From the human T2T-CHM13v2.0 reference genome, Homo sapiens, in NCBI RefSeq assembly GCF_009914755.1, contig NC_060928.1: a stretch of 64,000 nucleotides of DNA; one strand, 5' to 3'. Below are positions 32,400-44,526 of the stretch, piece after piece. The position numbers and the translations under genes are program-made. The notes beneath the pieces are model-generated. The model ran no database searches. It was not told the origin of the DNA and was given only the letters and a program-made list of their open reading frames with translations. Each line of letters starts with the position of its first letter. Within the stretch, counting starts at the first letter, position 1.

Positions 32400-35350
32400 C
32401 CCCAAGAGTATTTATTTCTAGGGTTGGAAACAAAACAACCAACCCCGTCTACTGCGTAAGAGAGCGTTCCAAGATGGACTGCCGGAGAAAGGCTTTTTGA
32501 CCCCTGTGGAAATTAGTCATATTGACAGACGCCCAGGGAAGGTAAATTACCCCGCGCGCTGACGTTACGCAGAGGCGCACCGGGTTCCGACTCCACCGCG
32601 GCGCCGAGGGGGCCAGAGGCTCCCAGTTCTTCCCCCCATAGTTCGACAAAGCCCTACTTTGCTTCCCTGGGTCTGGGATCTCAACGTGAAGGGGGCCGAG
32701 AGAGCGGTGATAAGGTGCTAGAAAGGAAACGGCAAGAGGAAACTAAAAAAGTGGAGAGAAATTTTGTGCGCCGTAGTGCTTAGCAAGCTGGGGAAACGAG
32801 GAGAAAACGAGCAAAGTCTACAGGGGAGGGAGAGAGGGAGGAGGCAGGGAAGGAGAGGACCACGAGGCTCCCGGCGCCCAGGCCGCCACTTGGGAGGTCC
32901 CGGCCCCAAAGCAGGCCGGGCCAACCGTCCCCCCGGGAGGCTCGGGGCTCGGGCGGGGTCACAATTACACCTCGGCTCCAGGCGAGGACTTAAAAACCAA
33001 GTGGTGGGGACTGCAGTCTGGAAGCAAGGCCCTGCGGTCATCGGAGGGGGGCCAGGCCCGTGCACAGGAACCTTTTACAAGGCATGTGGGTACAAGAAAA
33101 AAAATCAAAATAAACCACTTTCATCCAGCATGGGCAGTGAAAAGAAAAGCTGCCTTCCAGAGGGGGCGAGCGGGAGTTTTGAAATTCATTGTGTGTTTTG
33201 CCTTTATATAAGGAGTTTTGCGTTTTTTACCGATAACCAAAGGGGGACACTAGGGGGAAGTAACTGCTATTTTTTTTTTCTGGAGAGGGCTGAAATAAGG
33301 GGTTCACCGGTTCTTTCACAATCAGATGGTGTCCCAGGACTGCAAGTAACTGCGTACATCCACACAGCGCATTACACCAACCTGAGAAGAATCCTTGCGT
33401 GACCGGATTGTTTCTGGTATAAAATAGGGCCTAACGGTCCCATCTCTTTTCTTTTAAAAAACTGAGTCTGTGGAGGGGGCTTATTGGAAAGCATCAAAAG
33501 AGTGGCATCTGATTTTCTGATTTTACCGGAGATTGGACTGGAGGTCTTCTTTACTAAGAGTAACAGGCGTAGCCACAAAAGAGCCTGGTCTGGTCGCAAA
33601 GTAAAGGCAAAACTAGTGTGGGCCCTTAGCCTCGCCGGCCCCGGCCCTCGGAATGCAAAAGGCGAAAGCTCCCTCCTGGGCAGGGCCAGAGCGAGAGCGA
33701 GTGAGGAGCTCCTCCCGGACCTCGGGCCTAGCTTCGGAGGTATTTTTAGCTCCTCTCTCTGCTCCCCAGAGGCTCTTTTGTAAGCTTAACAGAGGCTCAG
33801 CAAGCTGCCCTCACCCCGAAGGGCTGTGGGAGGAGGCTGCCCTAGTATCTTGAAGAAAAAAGAAATTGCCTATCCTTAAGTTTAAAACAATATTCGCTCT
33901 CTCTAGGCTCCCCTTCTGTTCTCTCGTTTTTTTCGCCCGCAGGAACACTCCAAGTTCCACAGTTAAAGAGGACCGGGAGGGCAGGAATGGGTGGGGCCTG
34001 GAAATCAGCTCCGAAACTGGGTGCGGCACACCTTCCTCTGCCTTTCTGCCTCTCTCCCGGCCACTGCTGCTCCACGGGAGCCAGTCTTGGATACCTAGGG
34101 TGGGGGACAGGGGGACGGGAAGAGCCTCGGTTGTCTCCAGGTAGGCAGGGAACCCGGAGCATTTATTTAAAGTTACTTATTTTTTTAAAATAAAGGCTTA
34201 AAATAAGTCCAAATGTTTCTGCAACAGAGTTTCCAACACACTGTTCAGGAATGCGAAACTCGGGACCCAGACTAGCAATCCCCAAGTGGGTGAATTCTTA
34301 TTATGTAGAAACCTGCTCTCTATGCTCCCCCTCTCACCTTGGAGAGGCCTCAGTACAGCCTTCGGGCTTGGGCCGCAGGCTTCCCTGGACTTCCGCAGTC
34401 CCCCTTCTCCCCATTCCAGAACCTGCCGAGCCCCTGCTGCATCTGGGACCCGCCTTCACCGTTTCCCAATCCCAGCGGTTAGCCCCTGCGCCCCCTTTTT
34501 GGTCTCCACTTTGCCGTTCGAAAATGCCTAGGTTGGTGGATCGACCCTCCGCGGAGCAAAGACGGATGGCTGGCAGGAGCAGGTTCAGGAGCTGGGCCAA
34601 GGTATTCTCTGCTTCCGCCTTTGTGTCCGCCCCCCCGCCCCCTGCTCCCCGCTTCCCGCCAGCATCTCTCCTTTTCTGCTCAGGAGTGTTTGGCCCGGCG
34701 GTCCACCCCGGCTTCCCGAGATACGCTAGAGTTGCCCCCACGTCCTGTCCGCCGCGCCCCTACCCACCGGGTTGCCTTCGGGGCCCTTCGGTGCTGTGTA
34801 GTCGGCGTGGCGCTGTGAGCTAGGCGAACAGGAACCCCCAGGCCCGCCACGTCTACGCTATTAGCAGCCAGGTAGCCCTGCGGGTCGAAGATGCTCAGAG
34901 GAGGAGTAAATGCAGAGAAAAAATAGAGGAAGGAATAAAAAAAAAAAAAAAACAAAAACACGTAACATACACGCACTCAAAACCAACTTTGGGATTGGAC
35001 TTTTTCAGTTTCACACGAAGAGACTTGGAGTATCTGGAGAAGGTTTTTGAAGACGTTTAGGAGGGAGGGTGAGTTTTCTGCTGAGAAACTCAATCTGCCA
35101 TACAGTAGCGGCCCCATCTGGGATCTGTCACTGCTGACAGCACCAGAGGGCACAGCCGTGATCTTCTGCACAGCCTGCACTCCCCGAAATACCCTCCTTA
35201 ATCAAAGGATGTCTGCGCGCCTGAGCTCAGCTGACCGCGCCGGGAGCACCAGGGCCGTTGGATTCCACCCCAGCCCGCCCCCTCCCCACGCACACAGCCA
35301 CGGCCCCTCGCGTCTTCGCGGCACGTTAATTAAATGCGGAAAACAGACAG
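32400..35350. promoter_or_regulatory. CpG islands downstream of HAND2; TATA-like TATATAAAG (minus, 33202-33210); CTCF-like GCACCAGAGGGCAC (35140-35153)
   Basis: High CpG density. Motifs read directly; function inferred. Confidence 0.5.
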
Positions 35351-37599
35351 AGGCTGATGTCATTGCTCTCACAAGATCATAAACGTAAAAGAGTCATCCT
35401 GTGAGAATCCCTGAAAATGACTTTAATGAATAATTTCAGAGACAGTTATGACTTTGGGTGATTACTGAGCAAGAATATGAAAACCAGATTTGCAAAGCGA
35501 AGGCGATGGTCAAAAGGCCTGGCAGTTACTTTCTCTCATTAAAACCGCACCGGCTTTCCTTCTTCGCCAAGTACTAGTTACCAACTGAGGTTGCGTTTTC
35601 AGGTTTTCTTCTTCAAAATAACAGTCTTCTTTTCCTGCTTTTCTGCCTTATCCTAAAGACAAAATGTCAGCTCCAGGGAACGACATTAACAACCCACTTT
35701 AAATTGAAGGCAACTCTGCACTGGCGTCAGTGGCCATTGGCTTCCATCTTTTTACAAAGGTTGGATTTACTGCCATCTTAGGATCATATCTCTTTTGGCC
35801 TCTTCTCTAGGCAATGTATTTAATGAAGGTTGAACATTCTCACTGACCCTGAGTCAGTGCACTGTTTGTTGTAAAGGATCTCAGCTGGTGGGGCAAAAAA
35901 CAAGTTCCAAACAACCTGCCTTTACAGAAGAGTCTCCCTGACTCTTTAGTTCTAGGTCACCAATGAACTGAAAAATGATTTGGTGCTACATTAAGGAATA
36001 TTTTCAAACACTCCATCTGGCCATGGAGAAGCATCCAGTTGGTTATATCTGGTTGCTCATGCATTAAAAATACTATTTGAGAAAACAACTAGGGTGTTAG
36101 TTGTGGAAGTGGCCTGGTGAGTACCCTCTGATCTTTTGCACGAAGTTTAGCTGCCTGCAAGTCTGTCTTCTTTGCTTGAAAATATAAACTGGGACTCTCT
36201 GGGCCTGTGTCCCATGTGGATTTATTCCACTTAATTCAAGTAAAAGTTTGTTTATACTCTGAGCAAGAAAGTATTATAGGCACAAGTGATGTGGAGTTTT
36301 CAGTTTGCTTGTTTTTTGCTGTTGTTTGTTTGCTTTTGAGCGATCTGAGTGATTTAGAAAACTAATGTGTCTCAGTCGGCTCCACCATTCAGACAGATCA
36401 TAGAGAACCCACTTACCAGCACTCTAGAAAACTGTACTTTGTGCAGACATTGCCTGATCCTCCCCTTTCTAGAAGCACAGATAGGCCAGAATCCTTCAGT
36501 CACTGAGGACACAATTGTCTAAAAGCCTCATTCCCTATCATTAGCCCCCAAACCGCAGAGCTGTTTCCTTCCCTCTTGGCTCCAGATAGGGGTGGGTGGG
36601 AGAGGGGACTAGGCTCTCCATGTGACATTTCCCTGACTTGAGAGGAAATGTTTCTTTCTGATTCTAGATTACATGAAGACACTTTGGAGTTGGTGTATAG
36701 GGTTTCCTCAAAGAACTGAGGTAACGTGGACTTTAGGGAATTTTCCTCAATTGGATTCCCTGTTTATTTGTGATACTATTTGTGTCCCCCAAATAGATCT
36801 TCTTGTTGCTCCACTCACATCATGAGCAGTTTTCCTTTTCCTCTAGTTACATTCACTCTAGCTTCTGACTGAAGACTCTGCTTGCCCTTTGTAGCCCGTG
36901 CAGGAATAAACAGCATCTTCTGGATTTGCTTTGAATCCTTGTGCTGCCCAATGAGTCAGAGGTGTAGGGTTGATCCAATAATATGGCTAATTCTCTCCCT
37001 GTAAAGACTTTAAATAATGTAGGCCTCTCTTCACCCATCCCCCATTCTCACCATCCTGGACTTCACGCGGGTCATGGAGAAGGTGTCCAGGGTGGGAGGC
37101 ACGCTGGGTGGGTGTGGCCTCCTTTGGCACAGTGGTTCGGCATCCTCTGGGGGAGATTTTGAAAACTGCAGGCTCCGCGTCGAGCCCCTGACCTGCTGAA
37201 TCAGAATTTCTGGTGAAGGTAGGGTGAAAACGGGGCTGAATTTGTCATTGTATCAAGTTGTCCGGGGAGTGGAAAGTCCAGGTGTTGGATTAATCCCAGC
37301 ACCCCTTACTTCAGAAGAGACCAGGCTATCCCGCAGAACGCTAGGGTCAGAGGTCTGGGGCATCAGTCAGCCCGTCCAGGAATTATGCAAATATATGCAG
37401 CCTCTACTCTGAACACTGGGACGTAGTAGGGGACAAAGCTGCCGCCAGCCGTCCTCGTCCTTGCGAGGTGTCAGTGTTTGCGCCAGGGACAACTCCCTGG
37501 AGGGCTGGGGGAAGGGAGGGGCAAAAGAGGGTCCAGGGCCTCAGCTCGCTATGTACTTTAGGGTTTAATAACAGGTGCAAAGGCAGCTGCTAAAAGACA

Positions 37600-39600
37600 T
37601 CGCATTCTGTAATCAGCTTCTGCCAGGCTGTCCGGCTAAACAGAAACTCCCACAATTTTGGCCCGAGGGCTGTAGGGCGGAGCGGGTGCCAGTGAGATGA
37701 GGGCAACCCTAAGAGGTGGCATAAGAGCCTTACCCCTAAGAGCCACCCCAACCCCATCCGGGGCTTGCACCGGCACCGCCTGGGCCGCAGTTGTTGCCTC
37801 AGGGAAGCTTCGCCCTGGCGCAGGGATAGAGCAAAGAAGCGACCGCATGTGGAAGGCTTTCCAGGCGGAATGCTCCAGCCGTAGCGAGTTGGAAAATTTA
37901 GAGTGGGGAGGGGGCAGTAGAGATGTTAACTGGCCCCTCCTCACCCCAAACAAGGAAAACACAGTCTTCTGGGCTAAAAATACATATTTATGAAGTCCCT
38001 ATACGCAGGCAGGCGGCGCGTTCCAGCTGCCGGCCTGGCCCAGGGAGGACTTGGCCGCGCGGCCGCCGATTACACCCAACTCGGCTGGGATGGCTCCGAG
38101 CCGTCTGCCCTGACGTCAGCGAGGCTCCGGCCCCGCCGCGGCAAGATAGGCGAGCGCGGCCGGGCGCGGGTGCGGCACTAATCACTCCCAGATGTCCCTA
38201 ATAGCGGAGATAAAGACGGACAGAGCGGCCGGGAATAAATTTGTAATCAGGGCTCTACCATCTGATCATCAAAGCGGCCCAAATGCCGGGAGAATTTGAA
38301 GGGAATGCGTGTGAGGGGGGTCGCTTGGGGGAAGAGGTGAGGGTGCACTTCGCGATGGGAACTGGCTTCGGTAGGGTAGAGCAGGGAGAACAGGGCGAGA
38401 GATCTGTAAGTTCGGTGCACGTAAGTCGGATACTCGGTGCTCTTTAACCTCCATTAGCCCTCAGACCGAAGCCGTTTAGCGGTTCCAGGCTGATTGGAGC
38501 TGCGCAGTTGCTGTGCGGGAAGCACGCGTTGCGCAGCGGCTGGGTGGTAAGGCGGCGCGATGAGAACTGTCCGGCCCCCGGAAACGTGGGATTGGTTTCC
38601 TCTCCCGGAGTTCTCCCCTCCCCCTTCTTTCTAAACATTTAAAAAACACGTAGTCCGTCTCCCCCAACCCCCATTCCCGGTAGACTTAATCCCAACAGCA
38701 ATTCATTGCACCGCGGAGCTTCCTCAGGGAGGGGGCTGTTGGAGCCTCCAACCAGGGTCCTGGGCCCCAGTCTGAGAATGACTCCTGGGTTTTTCTCTCC
38801 AAGCGATCCGCAGGCTCTGACAGGCCAGGAGTCGCGCGCGTCCGGGAGACTCCTTAGCGCCCCCTCCTCACGTGGAGATCTGGACTCTCAGGAGCTGGGC
38901 CCAATGGAAGGAATGGGTACCCTTGGGTCACCAGGGTCCAGATTCGGCCCTCTACGGCGCCCATGCCACAAGCCTCCCTCAAGACCATCTCTGCTTGGCA
39001 CCCACTAGCCAGCTCCTTTTCCAAATCTAGGAGCCTGGGTGGGACTCACAGGCAGGGAGAACTCAAGGCGGCTGTGGAAAACAAAATCGCGTGCCGCCCG
39101 CGCAATATTTGATTAAAGCTTCAGGGCTAACTGAGCGGTTTCTTGCGCTTTGCAGGCCCGCAGTGTATGTTCAGTCCCAGTTTTCCTGGCACCCTTTGCC
39201 CTGCTTATGTCCCCTGCACACACCTCAGGCCCTTGCAACTGGCCCGGGTTCTCTCTGCAAATCTGTAGTCTGGGAAGGAACTCCCGGGTCTCGTACTCCC
39301 TGCCGCTTTGCATTTGAGCTCTCACCTTCCTCACCCCTTCCTGCGAATTCCAGGTGCGCTTACCTCTCTTGTTCTCCTGCTACTTCACCAATCCGAGCGG
39401 GAGACTAGCTCTGCAATTCACGCCAAGCTGGGGCAGCGGCTAGCAGAGTCTGGTCGAAGGAATTGAACCACCTTCCACTCCCGACACACGCACAAGTGCT
39501 AAGAGGCCCCCAGGCTGCGCTCCCTGGCACGGCTGCTACGCTCACCTCATCACGACCAAGCAGCCTGGTGCTCCTACACCTAAGGAGGCAACCCAGACCC
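37600..39600. promoter_or_regulatory. CpG island with a full CRE palindrome TGACGTCA (38111-38118)
   Basis: High CpG density and a perfect CRE. Confidence 0.55.
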
Positions 39601-39772
39601 AGAGGTCCACCCTTCCTAGATGCCTGGGCCTGCTGGCTAACCCATCCCGAAAGCTGGAGCTTGCTGTCTCGGCCTGGAAAAGCCCTTTAAGTTGCTGTCA
39701 GTGCCCAGGCAATTGGGAGCGGGGCCCCCACTCTGCAGTTTTTCAAATTGCTTCCCAAGCTGAGAAGGGGTT

Positions 39773-39773
<1 letters not shown>

Positions 39774-39815
<42 letters not shown>
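39774..39815. repeat. (GC)n(CA)n alternating purine-pyrimidine microsatellite
   Basis: GCGCGCGCGC directly followed by about 16 AC/CA units. Confidence 0.95.
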
Positions 39816-39816
<1 letters not shown>

Positions 39817-42423
39817 GTCTACAACTGGCCAAGCCTTTGCCCCTCCGGTGCTCCAGGGTTATCAGACGCTGGGCCTGCACAGCGGTCTGGGGCAGAGCCC
39901 TGACAGCCAGATCTACCATCAATTTACCTTCCGCCGCCGCAGCTTCCCATTTAGCTTTTAACGTCAAATCCTACATTTTTGTCGGCTCCGGCCTGTCTAG
40001 AACGCTTGTGATTTCCCTGCAGGAGTGATTGCTCTTAACAAAATGGCAGCAACCACATTATCCGAGCAATTAAAACAGAGGCCTTTTAGCCGGTCCCGCA
40101 AGTAGAGGCTTGGAAAATTTTTTTAAACAAAGAAGAAAAAGTTAAAAGAGAAATAAGTGTTGGAAGAGAAAAGCATGGAAGCTCAGAAGAAACGTCTGCC
40201 CAGTACGCCTTTCACTTCCTGGGACTTGACAACCTGGGGCGGGGATGTTGGGTGGCTGAGAGCGGCTGGGGTGACAGATAATCTGGGGTGTCCTGCAGGT
40301 TGAAGCATCTGGTCAGTTGGGGTGTGCGTCTGGTTAGGGGGTTCAGCCGCCTGCAGTGTCAGGCAGCTGGGCATTCTGCCGTCTGGGGTGTCCGGTCTGC
40401 TGGGTGTCTGGCTGGTTAGGGTTTCTGGCGAGTTGAAATGGCAGGGCGGGTGGGGTGACCAGGCCTAGTGTTGCTGGCCCTGAGGAAGAGGAGGCAGGCT
40501 GTGCTTGGCCGGGGCCAAAGAGGAGCGCAGGTTTAAAAAGCAAGTGTATTAGCAAGTTTCTCCGTAGCAATGGTGCGCCAGGGTCTTTTGGTTTCCCTCT
40601 GTTGTTGTTTAATAAGCCAGAGAAAGTGTTAAATCTGCAGAAGTGCCTTAAGGCCCAGATGGCGGAGACCAGCTACACAAGGTGCAGAGAAGCGTAGGTG
40701 CATGGTGAAGATAACTCCTCTCCGTTTCCTGTTTTTAAAACCTCACCTCCTCCGCCACTGTTTACTCCAACACTTTGGTAGGCTCCTTTCTTCCACGTCT
40801 AGGACCTGATGGCTTTCTCCTGAGCAGATTAAAATAAAGACGCGGAAGACAACTGGAATCAGGAGAGGGAGGGAACCACTGGATCAAACGCAGGAGGATT
40901 GGGAGAGCAACAGAAAATCAGGGCGCGCCTCCCCCACACCTCCTCCCCATGCTATAAACAAAGGCAAGTGTCTGTAAACACAGCCCCGCGCCCACCAGGT
41001 CGGCCCAGCGCCGGCTGACCCAAGGGGAGAAAGTTCAGATCGCTTTGGCCGAGTTGTTCTAACCCCTCGCCCTCGCGTTGTCAGCCGCCCGCAGAAGTCC
41101 GCAGAGCCTCTAGCTTGTCTCTCCCTGGGCACTTCTGAATTCGCCCACGCCGGGTCTGATTCGGCCTGCTGCAGGCAGAGGGGTCATAGTGGACACCAGC
41201 TAGGCGTGGGAACCCTTGGGACATCGCGGGAGGGTCTGTGCCCGAGGCCAAGTTGCGAACATCACCCTGAGGATGGGTTCCAGGATGGAAACCCTCTGGC
41301 AAGCCTCTCCAACACCAGATTTATATACGCGGCGTTCCATGAAACAAACCACTTTTTAATACGGTTCACCTTTCTCCTCCTCCCACCCCCTTCCAAAATC
41401 CCTCCCAGCCTCCTCCCCCCTTCCCGCAGCCTGCACAGGCACTTTAGTTTCTCCGGTTTCTAGAGCTGAGATTCAAGCTTCCGCCAAGGCTGCAGGCAAA
41501 GGAGGCCGCTGGGACTTTCTTCTGGGACGAGCTGGGACTCAGGGAGCCCAAAGACCCAACAGGGAGAGATCCCGGGTCCCGTGCTGCCGGTAGTCCCGGA
41601 AGGGTGTCGCTTGTTTCGCTGGGCTGCGGCCGGGAAGACTTCAGACACCGCACAGTTAATATTGAGTTCCCTGTAACTCCTTGTAAATCTAACCCGCCCC
41701 TCGCCCCCCTTTAAATCCGTGGTCTTGTTCACGATTTCTTACTTGACGTAAAATTCCTTGTTACCTAATCATGGACTTTTTCGAAACTCCCTCCACCCCC
41801 CTTTCCCGCCTGCTCAGATGAGAAGCCCCCGTATAGAATACAAGCAAAATCCTCTCCTCTCTTTTCTTTTTCCTTTTTTTTTTCTTGGATGAAAGCCCCA
41901 TAGTTTGAATTAAACACCCCAGACTAGTTCCCGTTGCAGCAATAATGCCGGGGTTCTCCTCACAACTCCTCCACCAGAAACACTCTCCGAACAAAAACTG
42001 ACGGCCTCAAGAAATGGCTTCTGATTGATTTCAGGAAAGCAAGAGCACCTTTACACCTTCTGAGCGAACTGCCGGACTGGGTTCTCCAGCCCAGATCTTC
42101 CTTCTAGAGACTACTCAGCGTTCTCCAGCTGGGGGAAGAGGGAAGGAGACACCACACCGACAAACCCCAGACCATTTGCAGGATTTGTAACAAGGACACT
42201 TCTCTTTAAGAGCACCTCCTCCTCCTGCGTAGGCCGCAGGTCAGGGTGACTGGTTGGAACCACTGAGTCTTTAAAATAAAGTTAGAGGCAATCATGATAA
42301 TTTAGTTTACTTCTGAATATTTTAAATATTACGAAAACAAGTATAACAGCTTTGTTTTCAAAACTCTTTTGAGGTATCAGCCATTAAAAGATTAAGGTTT
42401 TTGTAAAAAAAAAAACACAGTGG

Positions 42424-42429
42424 TTTATT
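42424..42429 (-). terminator. HAND2: HAND2 polyadenylation signal AATAAA
   Basis: TTTATT on the plus strand, ~640 nt after the stop codon, followed by a U-rich downstream element on the minus strand. Confidence 0.75.
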
Positions 42430-42835
42430 GAATACTTACAACGTTTACACCTTCAATATTAATTAAATTCCATTTAGTTTTAGAGGACGGAAGTGCACAA
42501 AACAAGTGGCTGTTGGAAACATCTTCAAAGAGGGAACGACCACAGATGAATGGATAGCACTAGATACCGACCCCAACGGAAATGTTAGCGGCCCTGTTTT
42601 CTGCTTTGAAATAAAACTTTATAATACCCAGGAATATTTATATCCAAAGGCCAAGTATTAAAGATACACTTCACAAACGCACTAGTGCCCACTGTCTTTA
42701 TCTGGAAGGGGTTGAGTAGGTTGGCGGGGGGCAACGCTGGTGTCTACACAGCCAAGAGGGAACATTCACGCACACAGAATCTATGAGACGACGGGATCCC
42801 TTACCACACGGGAGTGTCCTCTTCGTATTAAAATA

Positions 42836-42842
42836 TGGAATG
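42836..42842 (-). promoter_or_regulatory. HAND2: miR-1/206 seed match (CATTCCA) in the HAND2 3'UTR
   Basis: Minus strand reads GAAGAAAAGCATTCCA. miR-1 regulation of Hand2 is established knowledge. Confidence 0.8.
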
Positions 42843-42925
42843 CTTTTCTTCAAATATCCACTTTTTTTTTGGAGGGGGAGACGGGGAGCAGATGCCTCAA
42901 AGGGGGTCAAAGAGAGGGGAAGGAA

Positions 42926-42940
42926 ATTGCACATAAATAA
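42926..42940 (-). promoter_or_regulatory. HAND2: miR-25/92 family seed match (GTGCAAT) directly preceded by AU-rich TTATTTAT
   Basis: Minus strand reads TTATTTATGTGCAAT. miR-25 regulation of Hand2 is established knowledge. Confidence 0.7.
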
Positions 42941-43068
42941 ACCGGATGATTCCAAATGCAAGGAGTCCTCAGAGCGGAGCGCGGACGGCTTTTCCGGAGT
43001 CCTGGGTCTGCATCTGGCGCCTTGGCCCCTGCTCACTCGCGCTCTCCTCCTCCTCCTTCTCCTCCTCC

Positions 43069-43167
43069 TCACTGCTTGAGCTCCAGGGCCCAGACGTGCT
43101 GCGGCCAGCCCGTCCGGCCTTTGGTTTTCTTGTCGTTGCTGCTCACTGTGCTTTTCAAGATTTCGTT
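43069..43167 (-). CDS. HAND2: HAND2 coding exon 2 (NEILKSTVSSNDKKTKGRTGWPQHVWALELKQ*)
   Basis: Acceptor TTCCTCTGTCCAG| ending at 43168, phase 0, TGA at 43071-43069. Encodes the HAND C-terminal motif KGRTGWPQHVWALEL. Confidence 0.98.
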   Translation of the reverse strand, partial: NEILKSTVSSNDKKTKGRTGWPQHVWALELKQ

Positions 43168-44526
43168 CTGGACAGAGGAAAGGCGAGGGCGAGAAAAGTG
43201 GAAAGAGAAATTCAGAGAGGATACCTGGTTCCACACCAACCCGGAGCTTCCTGCGCCGGAGGAGACAGTGAACCAGAGAGGAAAGGATACGATGGGGGAG
43301 TCCCAGCCCCTGCAGAGAAGCTACCAAGGTTAGCGCTACCCTAGCCGGCGGGGAGGCCTCGGCGCTGCAGCGCTCAACAACCGGATCCACAAGTTTATAA
43401 ACAACCGCCCGTTTTCGAGTCGTTTATGGAGGAGCGGGGGGCCTTTTCTCTTACTCCAGATGTAGGGGCGGGAGCTGGAGTCGGCGCTAAGTCTGGTTTC
43501 TCTGTTTTCATTAGCAATCCTAGATCCACATCTAGGAAAAATAGGGCGAAGGAGCCTCTGTTTCGGCCTGGGCCTCTCGGCCAGAGGCTCTCGGCCTCCA
43601 GCTCAGCAGTGCCTCTCCTCCAAGGCTTCTGAAATCTCTGGTTATTCGGGAGGTCACTCGATTATGCAGCCACCAAAGGGCTGCAGGGGCCAAAGAAGAA
43701 AAATTCGACAAATGCAATTATTTTCCGGGCCCTTCGTGGACATAGCTCTATCCTGCACCACTGCCCTGTGGGCACTTGGTAGGAATCTGAGAAAATTTTA
43801 AGCGGCTCAATTTACTTTCGTGTTATTTTTAATAACAATGACCATAGTAATGCCTTTTCCCCCTTAAAATGTACAGGCTTATTCAAATAAAATTAGAAAT
43901 GCCAATGGAATATACTCATCTGGGAAATTACATTTTAACGTCATAGCCAAGGAAAAATTGGAGCTGTATTTTGAAGTCAAAAGTACTTATTTTATGTTTA
44001 CCATTACGTTTTCCGGGCATAGTATGAGAACAACCACAAAACTCAGGGCTCAGTCTCTGGCAGCCTCCTTCTGGGAGTGGGGTAGGGGGTGCGATCAATA
44101 GTGAAATAATTGGAATCAAGGGCTTCTTCGAGACTTATTCTGGAAACATCTGAAAGCAAGATTGGATTGGAGGCCAAAAGAAGGGTCTAACAGAGACGGG
44201 GTGAGGCATCCAGACCAGTGCGATCGCGATCGATCGCGACCCAGAGTTTTCAAGGTCCGTCCTAAGTACTAGGGGAGCAGCGATAACCCGGAGGTAAGAT
44301 CACCAGCGCAAAGCATCCCTAACCTTCTCCTCCTCCTGCTGACACCCTCCCCTCAACTCTCTGCTTATGCCGGAAGCCATCCTTACACAACCTGGTGCAA
44401 ACAACCTTGAAGCGGGACGCAGCCAAAGAACACGAGATGCCATTTCTCAGCCCAATTGGAAAGAGGCCGGGAGCACCAGTTCCCTGACCCCCTCAGCCCC
44501 ACCGCCTGCCGCCCCCTGGTACTGAC

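Noticed and set aside
33201-33213. Possible CArG (SRF) box CCTTTATATAAGG
   Set aside because: Nine A/T bases between CC and GG instead of six; better read as a TATA-like element.
32764-33402. 212-aa ORF (also the 190-aa ORF at 34251-34823)
   Set aside because: Low-complexity G/R/P composition in a CpG island, no recognisable domain; the 212-aa ORF also lacks an ATG start.
43030-43071. Stop-codon readthrough of HAND2 into a GGA repeat
   Set aside because: Stop context is TGA-G, not the TGA-CTAG readthrough motif; no other support.
42698-43390. 230-aa minus-strand ORF over HAND2 exon 2
   Set aside because: Different frame from HAND2, spanning intron and 3'UTR, with no domain.
44383-44526. 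C-terminal part of the 317-aa ORF-track call
   Set aside because: Reads through the exon 1 donor into the intron; the true C-terminus is in exon 2.
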